A DNA stretch of 64,000 nucleotides from a virus, in the IMG/VR virus record IMGVR_UViG_3300025322_000015, positions 1 through 64,000 of that record. The stretch is one strand, 5' to 3'. The translations under genes and the position numbers were made by a program. Numbering within the stretch: the first letter of the stretch is position 1; every line of letters starts with the position of its first letter. Shown here piece by piece: positions 18,555 to 27,091 of the stretch. The notes beneath the pieces were generated by a model. The model saw only the letters and a program-made list of their open reading frames with translations, made no database searches and had not been told where the DNA came from.

Positions 18555-19369
18555 AAAACTCTCCGTTTGTGGATTTCCAAAAGCCGTGCCATCGGCTCAC
18601 CTGTTAAAACCTCATCCAGGGTCCATTGCGCCCAGGCGAGGTTACTCAACATCGCCACACGGTCACCCATCAGAGTGTGCGCGCTAACATCCATCGAGAT
18701 GTTTTTGATCCCGAAGCACGCCGCTGGTCCAGCAATCCATCTATCAAATTCGTAGAAGACCGGGATACCAGAAACCAGAGCCTTCGTCGCTGCACTACTT
18801 CCCCAAGTCACCGAACACCAAGCATGCTGGAAATCTTCAGAGAGGGGTGTTGTCTCCTTACTTGTTCCTGGGTGTCTACGAACATGCACCATAGAAGATT
18901 TGGTTATCCTCCTGATGCGCGGGACAACACTTCCTTCCCAGTCACGTGGCATCGCGACACCAGGCAACCCAACACCGCGCTGCGGTAGCACGAGGATATG
19001 AGTCCCTGATTCCTTCCAGGGTTGCAGCTCGATATCCAGCTTCTCGTATCTGGAGTAATCAGGACCTGGCCAGACACCTGCGCCGTTATGACGATTTAAC
19101 GCCATCGCGAAAGACTTCTTAGACTTCCGCATGTTGAGATAAGAGTTCTCAACAACAATAACAGCGGCGCCGTGATCCTCGAACAGCGTCGCTTGTTTGT
19201 CTCCTGTACCATATCTGTTCCAGATCAATACGACGTCATCTGGAGTAGGTCGGCGACCTTTACTGAATGGTTGGATCTCAACTTGATAGCCGAGCTTTTG
19301 CATTCCCGCTATAAACGCGTCGTGGCGGTATACAGGATTGGGGCGGATTAGGCATAGAGCTGTTTTCAT
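18551..19369 (-). CDS. GT-B-like glycosyltransferase (KpsS/KpsC-like)
   Basis: VVENSY, VHVRRHP, SVTWGSSAATKALVSGIP, LSNLAWAQWTLDEVLTG. Confidence 0.7.
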   Translation of the reverse strand: MKTALCLIRPNPVYRHDAFIAGMQKLGYQVEIQPFSKGRRPTPDDVVLIWNRYGTGDKQATLFEDHGAAVIVVENSYLNMRKSKKSFAMALNRHNGAGVWPGPDYSRYEKLDIELQPWKESGTHILVLPQRGVGLPGVAMPRDWEGSVVPRIRRITKSSMVHVRRHPGTSKETTPLSEDFQHAWCSVTWGSSAATKALVSGIPVFYEFDRWIAGPAACFGIKNISMDVSAHTLMGDRVAMLSNLAWAQWTLDEVLTGEPMARLLEIHKRRVL

Positions 19370-19387
19370 TGCTTGGTGCTCAAAGTA

Positions 19388-19942
19388 TTACAGGGATTCG
19401 CTGTATCCAAAATCATCAGCCGTCACCGACTCATTATCGGTACCGGAAGAAATAACCCCGAAGGAAGTTGACGTCCCTGCAAGGTAGTCACGAATCAACT
19501 CCATGATGTTGAACGGGAAGCGAGAAGGCTCACCGCCAGCTCCGCGAAAGAACGTAATCGCGGCTGATCCGGCCCGCAGCGATTGGATGCTCTGCTCGGT
19601 ATTCTGAGAAGTTACCGAAGCTGTATCATCGACCAAGGCCGCGGCTAGCTCGATGCACGCGTTGATGATAGCCTGAGGAACTACAGTATCCTCGACACCA
19701 TCGATACCTGTACCCGTACGCGGCCACGCGAGGGGCTGAGCAGCATCAGTCTTCTCGCCTAGCCAGTTCTGCCTATCGAGTGTGCGGGTAGCTGTCACCA
19801 GGAATCTGGCTTTGTCATCGGGATCAGTGAGCGCCCTCCACGAAGCTGCGGTCGCCGATGCGTCCAGGTACTCATCCGCCTGCTCGACCGTAGCGTAGGT
19901 ATCGTAAAACGCCCCACTGCCGATTTGTACGAATTCAGTCAT
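19388..19942 (-). CDS. Head-to-tail adaptor (DnaT-like/gp15-type connector)
   Basis: YATVEQADEYL..LVTATRTLD..WLGEKT..QPLAWPR..VPQAIINACIELA. Confidence 0.85.
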   Translation of the reverse strand: MTEFVQIGSGAFYDTYATVEQADEYLDASATAASWRALTDPDDKARFLVTATRTLDRQNWLGEKTDAAQPLAWPRTGTGIDGVEDTVVPQAIINACIELAAALVDDTASVTSQNTEQSIQSLRAGSAAITFFRGAGGEPSRFPFNIMELIRDYLAGTSTSFGVISSGTDNESVTADDFGYSESL

Positions 19943-20004
19943 TGTCCTATCTCCTTCTTTGCGCTATACAGGACTAATCAACCACAGGGTAAAAGGACAA
20001 ACCA

Positions 20005-20301
20005 ATGAAACATTTTAAAGTCTCAAAAATCTTCCGGGTTATCGAACCGGGTGAGTTCATCGAAGTTGGTACTGTCTTTGCCGTCGGGGAAGATGGCATA
20101 TACATTTACACCTTCTGGAAGAACGTACCAAAACTCACTGAAGCTGCCGTCGCCATCTGGCCGAAGAAAGATAAAGACGGGAAAATAGAACTCTTCAGGG
20201 ACTACTGGAAGTATGCTGTTGATGCTGAAGACTCACTGCATTACGGAAAACGCTACACCGAAGTCTTCAAACTGGTAACCGAAACTCTATCCGTATCCTA
20301 G
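20005..20301 (+). CDS. Hypothetical protein; the only convincing plus-strand gene
   Basis: AAAGGA Shine-Dalgarno site; 98 aa with natural-looking composition; mostly occupies an intergenic gap on the minus strand. Confidence 0.7.
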   Translation: MKHFKVSKIFRVIEPGEFIEVGTVFAVGEDGIYIYTFWKNVPKLTEAAVAIWPKKDKDGKIELFRDYWKYAVDAEDSLHYGKRYTEVFKLVTETLSVS

Positions 20302-20719
20302 GCTCTCTGAGGATCCGGGCCTTGACAGCTTGGATCCTTACTCCTTCTTTCGCGCGCATGCGCAGCTCAGCTTTCCGTTTCACAGTCTGCAAATACAACT
20401 TCCTCTGCAATCTTCTCCACTCGATATCGGCCAAGTAGTGCTTTGGCAATCTCCCAGTCACGCGTCGTACGAAACTCATGTACGACAGCTCACGCAGGGT
20501 TACTTCAATCACCCCTTGCGCTATCGCCAGCTTCCTCTTCGATATCGCGATGTCATAATGCGGACCGCTATGTGTGTTCTGGAACCACTTCCGCTTGATC
20601 CCAATCGCATCAGCCATCTCATGCAGTTCGTCAAGGTTGTCGGCGATCATATGCGACATCTTCATCTTGCCGAACTGACCCATCGGACGTAGATACATGT
20701 CGTCGACGTAGACAGTCAT
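20267..20719 (-). CDS. DUF4031 family protein
   Basis: MTVYVDD..MSHMIADNLDELHEMADAIGIKRKWFQ..HYDI. Confidence 0.85.
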   Translation of the reverse strand: MTVYVDDMYLRPMGQFGKMKMSHMIADNLDELHEMADAIGIKRKWFQNTHSGPHYDIAISKRKLAIAQGVIEVTLRELSYMSFVRRVTGRLPKHYLADIEWRRLQRKLYLQTVKRKAELRMRAKEGVRIQAVKARILREPRIRIEFRLPV

Positions 20720-21090
20720 GGAAACATCCAGATCGCAAGTCCGTTGATGATGATATGCAAAGTATTGTCAACGATGATTAACAACCAGACTGCCAAGAAC
20801 GGTGGAGTGTCTTTCGGGAAACCATGCGATCCTACATCTCTGGGAAATCCATTCTTGGCCCAAACCACCCAGGCTGCTAAACCAAATCGATCAATAAAGA
20901 AATGCGTAATTGAGATGATCAACAACGCATAGATGTTTTGCGTGATGAGCGTAAACGGTATTGTGTAGGTAACGGCATGAATTCCTGCCGCGATGCTACT
21001 TTGTCTTTTAGAAGTTGCCATCCAATGTGATTGTAGTATGTAATCACCCACAAGGTGTGCGACAATCTGATCAGCTGTTATCAATGGCAT
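20716..21090 (-). CDS. DUF3307-like membrane protein
   Basis: AHLVGDYILQSHWMA..K, HAVTY, THFFID, DNTLH; hydrophobic. Confidence 0.8.
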   Translation of the reverse strand: MPLITADQIVAHLVGDYILQSHWMATSKRQSSIAAGIHAVTYTIPFTLITQNIYALLIISITHFFIDRFGLAAWVVWAKNGFPRDVGSHGFPKDTPPFLAVWLLIIVDNTLHIIINGLAIWMFP

Positions 21091-21335
21091 CGTGCCCTAC
21101 GCGTTCTTTGTCCAATTGGATAAGTAGTAGAAGATTCACCAGTCTCGCTGTTGTAGACAGTGAAGTAAGCTACGTGTCCCCAAGCCATTCGCTGTTGCCA
21201 CACTAGCACTTCTACGTCCTTGCTGCTGTCACTCAGGTGTCGAGTTTGGACAAGAAGATCGCCATACTTGACTTTCGGATGCGGATGCTTGTCACTCGCG
21301 AATCCAGTAACGACCCATTTCCATTTTCCAGCCAT
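21081..21335 (-). CDS. Hypothetical protein
   Basis: 84-aa ORF coupled to both neighbours. Confidence 0.55.
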   Translation of the reverse strand: MAGKWKWVVTGFASDKHPHPKVKYGDLLVQTRHLSDSSKDVEVLVWQQRMAWGHVAYFTVYNSETGESSTTYPIGQRTRRARCH

Positions 21336-22336
21336 CAGAGATCTCGAATGATTGCAGCTTCCAGAACACCCTCGACGTAGTAGACACAGACGACGGCCCC
21401 ATCCGATCGAGCGAACAGTTGAGGATACCCAAAGTCTCGACAGCCAACCAACTTAATGACGTGCGTCCGCCAGGTCTGTCCTTTGGTGTAGTCCGAGACC
21501 GCTACCATCATATTTCCAGTAGACCGATTACCGTACGCAGCAATCAACCTACCCTGATGCGAAAGCAATGCGGGAGGGTTACCGTTATGGTCCCCAGTCA
21601 CAGCTACTATCTCAGTCCGCGTGCGCCACGAGACTCCTTGATTGTCGGAGACGTATGCTGAGATCCAGCTCTGCTTATTCAATCTACGTCGGCAAAGAAC
21701 GATAATCTCGTTATCAAGAGCGGCGGCGGCGGGCATCACCTGCCTACTACCATCTCCATAATCAGGCAACTCCGATATCTCGAAGAACGGCGTGTATTTT
21801 CCACGTTGTGCGACAACTACACGATCGCTACCAAACACACCTTTATGCGCGTGCGAGAGAAAGACGAGATCACCCAGCTGGCAGGTTCGAGTAGTACAGA
21901 TACGCTTTCCGCCCTTGGTCAAATCTAAATCTTCGATAAGGAAAGGACCAGCCCAGTTGTATCCTTTGTCATTCGAGTAGTAGAAAGCTCCCCGAGGATC
22001 ACAGGCCTCGCCACCGTGATCGTAGAATCCACAAAACCGTAGAATTGAACTATCAGGTTCTGCTTCTCCTAAAGATTGATAGACGTGTCTGGGATCCGCA
22101 CCTTCAAAATCAACATCAGGTAAGGTGCTGATCCAACTCTCTCCACCGTCCTTACTGCGAAAGAGAAACTTCTGAAGAATACCAGTAACCTTGTGCATAC
22201 TCTTTATAGTAGTATCACGCATGCCGACAGCAGCACCGAAAAGTAATTCATCTCCCCATTGCCAATGCCCGTGGTTCGCCGGCCAGCCAAAGAACAAGGT
22301 CGACGAATTGGTAATGCGAACAAAATCAACTTTCAT
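21335..22336 (-). CDS. BNR/Asp-box beta-propeller, sialidase-like glycoside hydrolase
   Basis: Asp-boxes RSKDGGESW, YSNDKGYNW, VSDNQGVSW, VSDYTKGQTW; C-terminal DFGYP. Confidence 0.8.
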   Translation of the reverse strand: MKVDFVRITNSSTLFFGWPANHGHWQWGDELLFGAAVGMRDTTIKSMHKVTGILQKFLFRSKDGGESWISTLPDVDFEGADPRHVYQSLGEAEPDSSILRFCGFYDHGGEACDPRGAFYYSNDKGYNWAGPFLIEDLDLTKGGKRICTTRTCQLGDLVFLSHAHKGVFGSDRVVVAQRGKYTPFFEISELPDYGDGSRQVMPAAAALDNEIIVLCRRRLNKQSWISAYVSDNQGVSWRTRTEIVAVTGDHNGNPPALLSHQGRLIAAYGNRSTGNMMVAVSDYTKGQTWRTHVIKLVGCRDFGYPQLFARSDGAVVCVYYVEGVLEAAIIRDL

Positions 22337-22367
22337 AGTCTTTCTCCTGTGTGAGAAATCTTATTGC

Positions 22368-22706
22368 TTACTGGTCGATACCAGCAGCCCATAACGGTTT
22401 ACATCCAGTTATATGTATGCCTGCATCATCCACACCGTCCGACCAGGGATTGATGCACAGCAAATAAATGCCAACCCGAAGACCTTGATCCCAATTAGAA
22501 TCGAAGTTGTTATCTTCCGCCGTCTCTTCGAGAAGAATATCACGCTCAATAATATCATCAGATCGTGCGAGGATATAACCTGTACCGTCCTCCGAAAGCG
22601 CAACAATGCACTGATCTTTTGCCAAGGTCAGCGATCCGTGTATTGACGGCAGGTCGTCTTCTACAGAAGCTGATACACCGTTTAGACAACTACAATGCTG
22701 GGTCAT
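22368..22706 (-). CDS. Hypothetical protein
   Basis: 112-aa acidic ORF coupled to the upstream gene. Confidence 0.55.
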   Translation of the reverse strand: MTQHCSCLNGVSASVEDDLPSIHGSLTLAKDQCIVALSEDGTGYILARSDDIIERDILLEETAEDNNFDSNWDQGLRVGIYLLCINPWSDGVDDAGIHITGCKPLWAAGIDQ

Positions 22707-23269
22707 TACACATCCTCCTCAAGTGAGCAATACAGCCAGTCATGTACTCGGATCCGTCCATAATGACTGCGAGCCGCTGCGTATAAAATTATCGTTCCAA
22801 CGGTAAATCCCATTCCGAAGGGAAGATGTATACCCATGAAGCAAATTGCGAGTAAGATGAAGTTAACAAAGGTGATTACCGGAAATCGTACGTCTCCACG
22901 AATCTGTGTTGTTGATACGTTTGGAGTACGCGGAAATACAACTACTTCCCAGCGAGGATCTCGCCGAACCGAGTCTGCCCAATCATCGCCGACGAATAAC
23001 ACATCAAACTTGTGCCGCTCCCAAAGTGCAGAGATATCCGTATCGTGTACCTTCACAATTACATCTACACAGACAACTTCAGCGATACGTGCCGCACGAT
23101 CGTGAACAGAGGATGACGTCTGTCTACCTTTTCGAGCAACAACCAACGCATCATCAATAATACCAACGGTGAGATGCTTGCTTCGACTACTACACCTTTG
23201 TAGTAATTCAAGATGTCCGGTATGTAGCATACCAAACGTCCCCATCGTAAATCCACGTTCATATGTCAT
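22706..23269 (-). CDS. Cytidylyltransferase (TagD/RfaE-like HxGH family) with hydrophobic C-terminal extension
   Basis: GTFGMLHTGH, LFVGDDW, RTPNVSTTQI; then an approximately 40-aa hydrophobic segment. Confidence 0.85.
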   Translation of the reverse strand: MTYERGFTMGTFGMLHTGHLELLQRCSSRSKHLTVGIIDDALVVARKGRQTSSSVHDRAARIAEVVCVDVIVKVHDTDISALWERHKFDVLFVGDDWADSVRRDPRWEVVVFPRTPNVSTTQIRGDVRFPVITFVNFILLAICFMGIHLPFGMGFTVGTIILYAAARSHYGRIRVHDWLYCSLEEDV

Positions 23270-23538
23270 CTCATGTTCTCCCGTCTCCCACCTTCGCCGC
23301 CGTGGCCGCCGATAGCTTTTGAATTCGATCCCAGAACGATAGCATGACCACCGGTACCACCTGAACCCGTGATCGATCCCTTTCCGCCTGATCCCCCTTT
23401 GGCGAAGTTGCCCGGACCCACAGCAACGCTCCTACCGTCTTTGCCATCCTGAGACTTACAGCGCTTCGGGAAGACGAGGCTAAGGTAAGAGAATAGATTG
23501 CCGAACATGACACTCTCCTGTTGTATTGAGTAACACAT
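23266..23538 (-). CDS. Gly-rich hypothetical protein
   Basis: GGSGGKG..GGTGGHA..GGHGGEGG repeats; probable start at MFGNL. Confidence 0.5.
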   Translation of the reverse strand: MCYSIQQESVMFGNLFSYLSLVFPKRCKSQDGKDGRSVAVGPGNFAKGGSGGKGSITGSGGTGGHAIVLGSNSKAIGGHGGEGGRRENMR

Positions 23539-23716
23539 CGCGATACACGCAGTACCTAAATCGAGAGTCGGCTAAGAGCTGGTTTGCTCTCCACGGCGAC
23601 ATTTCGAGTAATTGGAGCCTAGTAATATAAGGTTCGTTAGCCCAATCCCTCGAATCCAGCTTAATCCGTTCTCTGTGAATCGCAATGAATTCCTTTTCAG
23701 CTTCTGTTAGCTTCAT
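23480..23716 (-). CDS. Hypothetical protein
   Basis: 78-aa ORF in the operon. Confidence 0.5.
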   Translation of the reverse strand: MKLTEAEKEFIAIHRERIKLDSRDWANEPYITRLQLLEMSPWRANQLLADSRFRYCVYRDVLLNTTGECHVRQSILLP

Positions 23717-23717
23717 T

Positions 23718-23987
23718 CTATTTCCTTATGAAGCGGGTCCGCTCGGCTTTTCCGTCAAGCATAACGAACTCGACATCGTAGTGGGGAATCGCTAACCCCC
23801 GCTTAACAACATCAAAGTCGGCATGCATCAGGTCCATGTGGAAGGATGAGTCACTGACCCTGTACTCACATCGCAATACTGCACAGTCCTTTTGCGCAGC
23901 CATCAAGTCAGCAGGCCACCTCGGACCCACAACCTCGAGACGAACCTTACCAATCCGTTGTTCTGTATCTTGAGTAAACAACATCAA
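23718..23987 (-). CDS. Hypothetical protein
   Basis: 89-aa ORF coupled to neighbours. Confidence 0.55.
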   Translation of the reverse strand: MMLFTQDTEQRIGKVRLEVVGPRWPADLMAAQKDCAVLRCEYRVSDSSFHMDLMHADFDVVKRGLAIPHYDVEFVMLDGKAERTRFIRK

Positions 23988-24166
23988 TTGCGATCCTTTG
24001 TTTTAGCAACACCTGTACGAATATACTCCTCGAATACGCGCGCACGCTCAACATACGCGTTTGTTGTCGTGCTCGTGGGCTGGTCACTCGTCACAGAGCA
24101 GAACAATGCTACTGCTCGAATGACAGGATCCATATCAGGATCTTCAGTGATAGGTTTATTCGCCAT
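23984..24166 (-). CDS. Hypothetical protein
   Basis: 60-aa ORF coupled to neighbours. Confidence 0.5.
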   Translation of the reverse strand: MANKPITEDPDMDPVIRAVALFCSVTSDQPTSTTTNAYVERARVFEEYIRTGVAKTKDRN

Positions 24167-24767
24167 TTGTAGTATCCTTGATTAATGCTGCTGATTTAAA
24201 CTTCTTGTGTTTATGCTTAGCACGTATTTTATCGATGTTATCCCAATTCCGAGTAAGGATGCGATGCGTCTCTTCTTGTAGATCAACCTCATGCGTTGTT
24301 GCAAGTGCTGAAAGGCAGATCAGTACGTCGGCGCACTCCTCTGAGATCTTACCAAGGTCGGCGGGACTCTTTCTCGCCTCCTTGCTATAGACAGCTTGAA
24401 TTACTGAGATGATGGTAATGAGTGGAGCCTGGCACGCTGCCATCAACTCAGCAAACTCTTCCGCAAGACGAAGATAGCGCTCGTCTGCATTATCAGCAAC
24501 CTCATTACCCATACACGTGCGCAACCAGTAGTTGGTGCGCTGTTGTATTTCATCGATGTTAGAAGGACCTAAGGGGGTCCACCACTTACCGTTGTAGTAA
24601 TTCATCTCTCCATTTGTAATCCCCATCTGCTGTTCTGCTGTCAAGGGCATGCCCGGACATTCTTTTGCAAGAGTGATCTCACCTCCTTGGCAAACAGTAC
24701 AGGAGGATAGACCTCCCTCGCAGATGTAACATCTTTCTTTATCGCACTTATGTAAAGTATGTTTCAT
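24156..24767 (-). CDS. MazG-like nucleotide pyrophosphohydrolase with N-terminal Cys-rich domain
   Basis: RLAEEFAEL..EECADVLICL MazG acidic motifs; N-terminal CxxxxCxxC..CxxC..C. Confidence 0.75.
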   Translation of the reverse strand: MKHTLHKCDKERCYICEGGLSSCTVCQGGEITLAKECPGMPLTAEQQMGITNGEMNYYNGKWWTPLGPSNIDEIQQRTNYWLRTCMGNEVADNADERYLRLAEEFAELMAACQAPLITIISVIQAVYSKEARKSPADLGKISEECADVLICLSALATTHEVDLQEETHRILTRNWDNIDKIRAKHKHKKFKSAALIKDTTNGE

Positions 24768-25000
24768 TTTAAAGTTCTTTCAAATGCCCTAACTCGATGT
24801 TTAATCTCATTGTAGATGGCAGTACGCTCTTCTGCATTCGCGTACTCTAGTCTACGCCATTTGCCGTCTCGACTACAAACATACCAGAATCCATTTCCAG
24901 GATGGTAGGATGTCTCACCCGTAATCTCAACTACATCAAGGTCAAGGAAGTCCACGCCCAGGAAGATAGGCTTCACCAATGATCCTTCCTCGCGTTTCAT
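24764..25000 (-). CDS. Hypothetical protein
   Basis: 78-aa ORF with GGAAT/AGGA Shine-Dalgarno-like site. Confidence 0.55.
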   Translation of the reverse strand: MKREEGSLVKPIFLGVDFLDLDVVEITGETSYHPGNGFWYVCSRDGKWRRLEYANAEERTAIYNEIKHRVRAFERTLK

Positions 25001-25034
25001 TCCTGATTCCTTTCATTCTCCCCTGCGACAGCCT

Positions 25035-25113
25035 GCGAATCTGGCTGCTCTAGCTGGGCTGAGCTTTCCTAGCGGCTGAGGTAGCGGAAAGCTCGCTAAC
25101 CCGGCTCATTCGC
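25035..25113. repeat. Intergenic palindromic element, copy B
   Basis: gcgaat..attcgc outer arms; gagctttcc (25061-25069) / ggaaagctc (25086-25094) inner arms; ggtagc in the loop; starts gcgaatctgg like copies A, C and D. Confidence 0.6.
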
Positions 25114-25144
25114 GCTCGCTCACAGGCTCGTTCTGCGTCGCTAC

Positions 25145-25837
25145 CTACTCCCGCAACAGACCCCCGCAATGCGAGCAGCGACCGGACCCATGCGGAATTG
25201 ATACGTCACAGGAGCAGTCATGCAGGACAGGAGGCGAGGCCCATTTAGCTTCACCCTTCTCTACTATCAACGTCTCGGGCCAATTGGCTTGTCCGCCGCC
25301 GCCACCAGAGCTTTGCGAAGGTTCCTGAGGACCTACCGATGCCGATCCACCCCCACCATTTACACTAAGCCCACCACCTGCATGTAAATTATTTCGTGCT
25401 TCCTTCCTTGACGCCATCTGACTCTTAATCCGAGTAACGCGATGTTGAAGTTTTGTAAACTTCTCCTCAGCGCCCTCTAAGGAAATAGAATCAATCACCT
25501 GAAGGAGACTCTCTAGTTGTCTCGTGTACCACGCGGCGTCACCTATTGCTGCCTGGAGTAGCACATCAGCAGTGAACGTATCCTCGCGTTCTTCGACTAC
25601 AAGGTTGGTGGAATGCGTGTCTACTGCCGCTTCTAATTCTTCGATCCGCTTACCTTGTTGTACGTTCGCAATACAACACTTATCTCTATCCGAACGCGCA
25701 TCGTCTAAAGCTGTAGATAAATAGGATACCTGCCTATCAAGTTTTGTATTACGCTCTAACGCATCATTCGAAAAGCGAAGAAGTTGAGAGATAAAATCAG
25801 CATCAACTACTATAGGATTTTTAAGAGCAGTCATCAT
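25145..25837 (-). CDS. Coiled-coil hypothetical protein with Gly-rich linker and C-terminal CxxC motif
   Basis: 230 aa; heptad-rich N-terminal half; CSHCGG at the end. Confidence 0.6.
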   Translation of the reverse strand: MMTALKNPIVVDADFISQLLRFSNDALERNTKLDRQVSYLSTALDDARSDRDKCCIANVQQGKRIEELEAAVDTHSTNLVVEEREDTFTADVLLQAAIGDAAWYTRQLESLLQVIDSISLEGAEEKFTKLQHRVTRIKSQMASRKEARNNLHAGGGLSVNGGGGSASVGPQEPSQSSGGGGGQANWPETLIVEKGEAKWASPPVLHDCSCDVSIPHGSGRCSHCGGLLRE

Positions 25838-25895
25838 GTTCCTATCCGATCTGCGGAGTTGCTATTGCTTACACATATTACATATCGCTGCGGAA

Positions 25896-26447
25896 TTAGG
25901 TGTCCAAAATCAGCGGAGAGGAGTAATGGTCACAACCAACGAACGCCACCTGCGCGCCTCCAGATCTGTTCGTCACGCGCATCAGATAGTTAATGCCCGT
26001 CTGCAGAATCCATTCCGCTTCAAATGATGATGCTCCGCCACTCGCTTGATTCCTAGATCCCGCCGGAAGCATCTGAGAGATAAGACGAGTACCCAAATCA
26101 GAAATACTGGGGTTAGAAACCATCGTACCTCCCCATACACGAGAGCTTGTACGCTTATGGTTGTATACAGCTTCTACGTCACCTCCAGTTGCAGCAACAC
26201 CTTCGAAGAATCCCAATTCAGCAGTACCGCCGCAACCGACCTCCATAATCATATGAATGGGATCTCCCGCAGGAGCGTTAATCATCATGTCAAGGTTAGC
26301 GTTGTTCGCTAACGCAGCATCAATCAGAGAGCAATGATACATCACTCCTTCGTTAATCCGACTTATTGGATCATCGGCAACTTTCCGCCCTGACGCTGTT
26401 AATGGATATACACCTCCGAGTCGTAACAGTCGTGACCATGAACTCAT
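25896..26447 (-). CDS. Putative structural beta-rich protein (tandem paralog 1)
   Basis: Aligns by eye along its full length with 26474-27031 (SW.KLL.L.G...LTA..R....D....R.N.GVM.H; EWIL....YL.R.TNR). Confidence 0.65.
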   Translation of the reverse strand: MSSWSRLLRLGGVYPLTASGRKVADDPISRINEGVMYHCSLIDAALANNANLDMMINAPAGDPIHMIMEVGCGGTAELGFFEGVAATGGDVEAVYNHKRTSSRVWGGTMVSNPSISDLGTRLISQMLPAGSRNQASGGASSFEAEWILQTGINYLMRVTNRSGGAQVAFVGCDHYSSPLILDT

Positions 26448-26473
26448 GTCTATATCCCTTCGTTGAAAAGAGT

Positions 26474-27031
26474 TCAGCTCTTTGTATCGAACACCTCAGG
26501 TGAGGAGTAAAAGGTACAACCGATAGAAGCTGACTGTGCTTGACCCGTAACGCGGTTGGTCAGCCGAATGAGGTATCGCGTACTTGCCCGCAAGATCCAT
26601 TCCCCGTCAACTGTTTGTACGGTACCAGAGGAATTTGATTTATTTCCTCCAGGAAGTAGTTGCAAGGCTAAACGCGTACCAGCATCTGATACGCTGGGAT
26701 CAACTACAATAGTACCTCCCCATAGCAAACTACTTGTTCGTTTCTGATTGCGAGGAACAACAGTAGTACCTCCTGTTGCAACAGCATCCTCGTACAAGGC
26801 TAATTCAGCATTGCCCTGACAAGCTCCCTCCACCACCATATGGATGAAATCATTCGCTGGAGTAGTAAGGATAAGATCGAGGTTAGCATCACTCGCCAGA
26901 CTAGCTAACGAGGAGACATGAAACATCACGCCCTGGTTAACTCTATCGAGAGACGAATCTGACGTTATCCGATCTGTTGCGGTAAGTGTGCGCAAACCAC
27001 GAAGCGCTAACAACTTAGTCCAGGATGTCAT
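26474..27031 (-). CDS. Putative structural beta-rich protein (tandem paralog 2)
   Basis: Directly downstream of the portal gene; paralog of 25896-26447. Confidence 0.65.
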   Translation of the reverse strand: MTSWTKLLALRGLRTLTATDRITSDSSLDRVNQGVMFHVSSLASLASDANLDLILTTPANDFIHMVVEGACQGNAELALYEDAVATGGTTVVPRNQKRTSSLLWGGTIVVDPSVSDAGTRLALQLLPGGNKSNSSGTVQTVDGEWILRASTRYLIRLTNRVTGQAQSASIGCTFYSSPEVFDTKS

Positions 27032-27091
27032 TTACATATCTCCTTACACCAATCAAACTCGTGAGCGCGAGCGAAAACGCTCAATAGTAAT

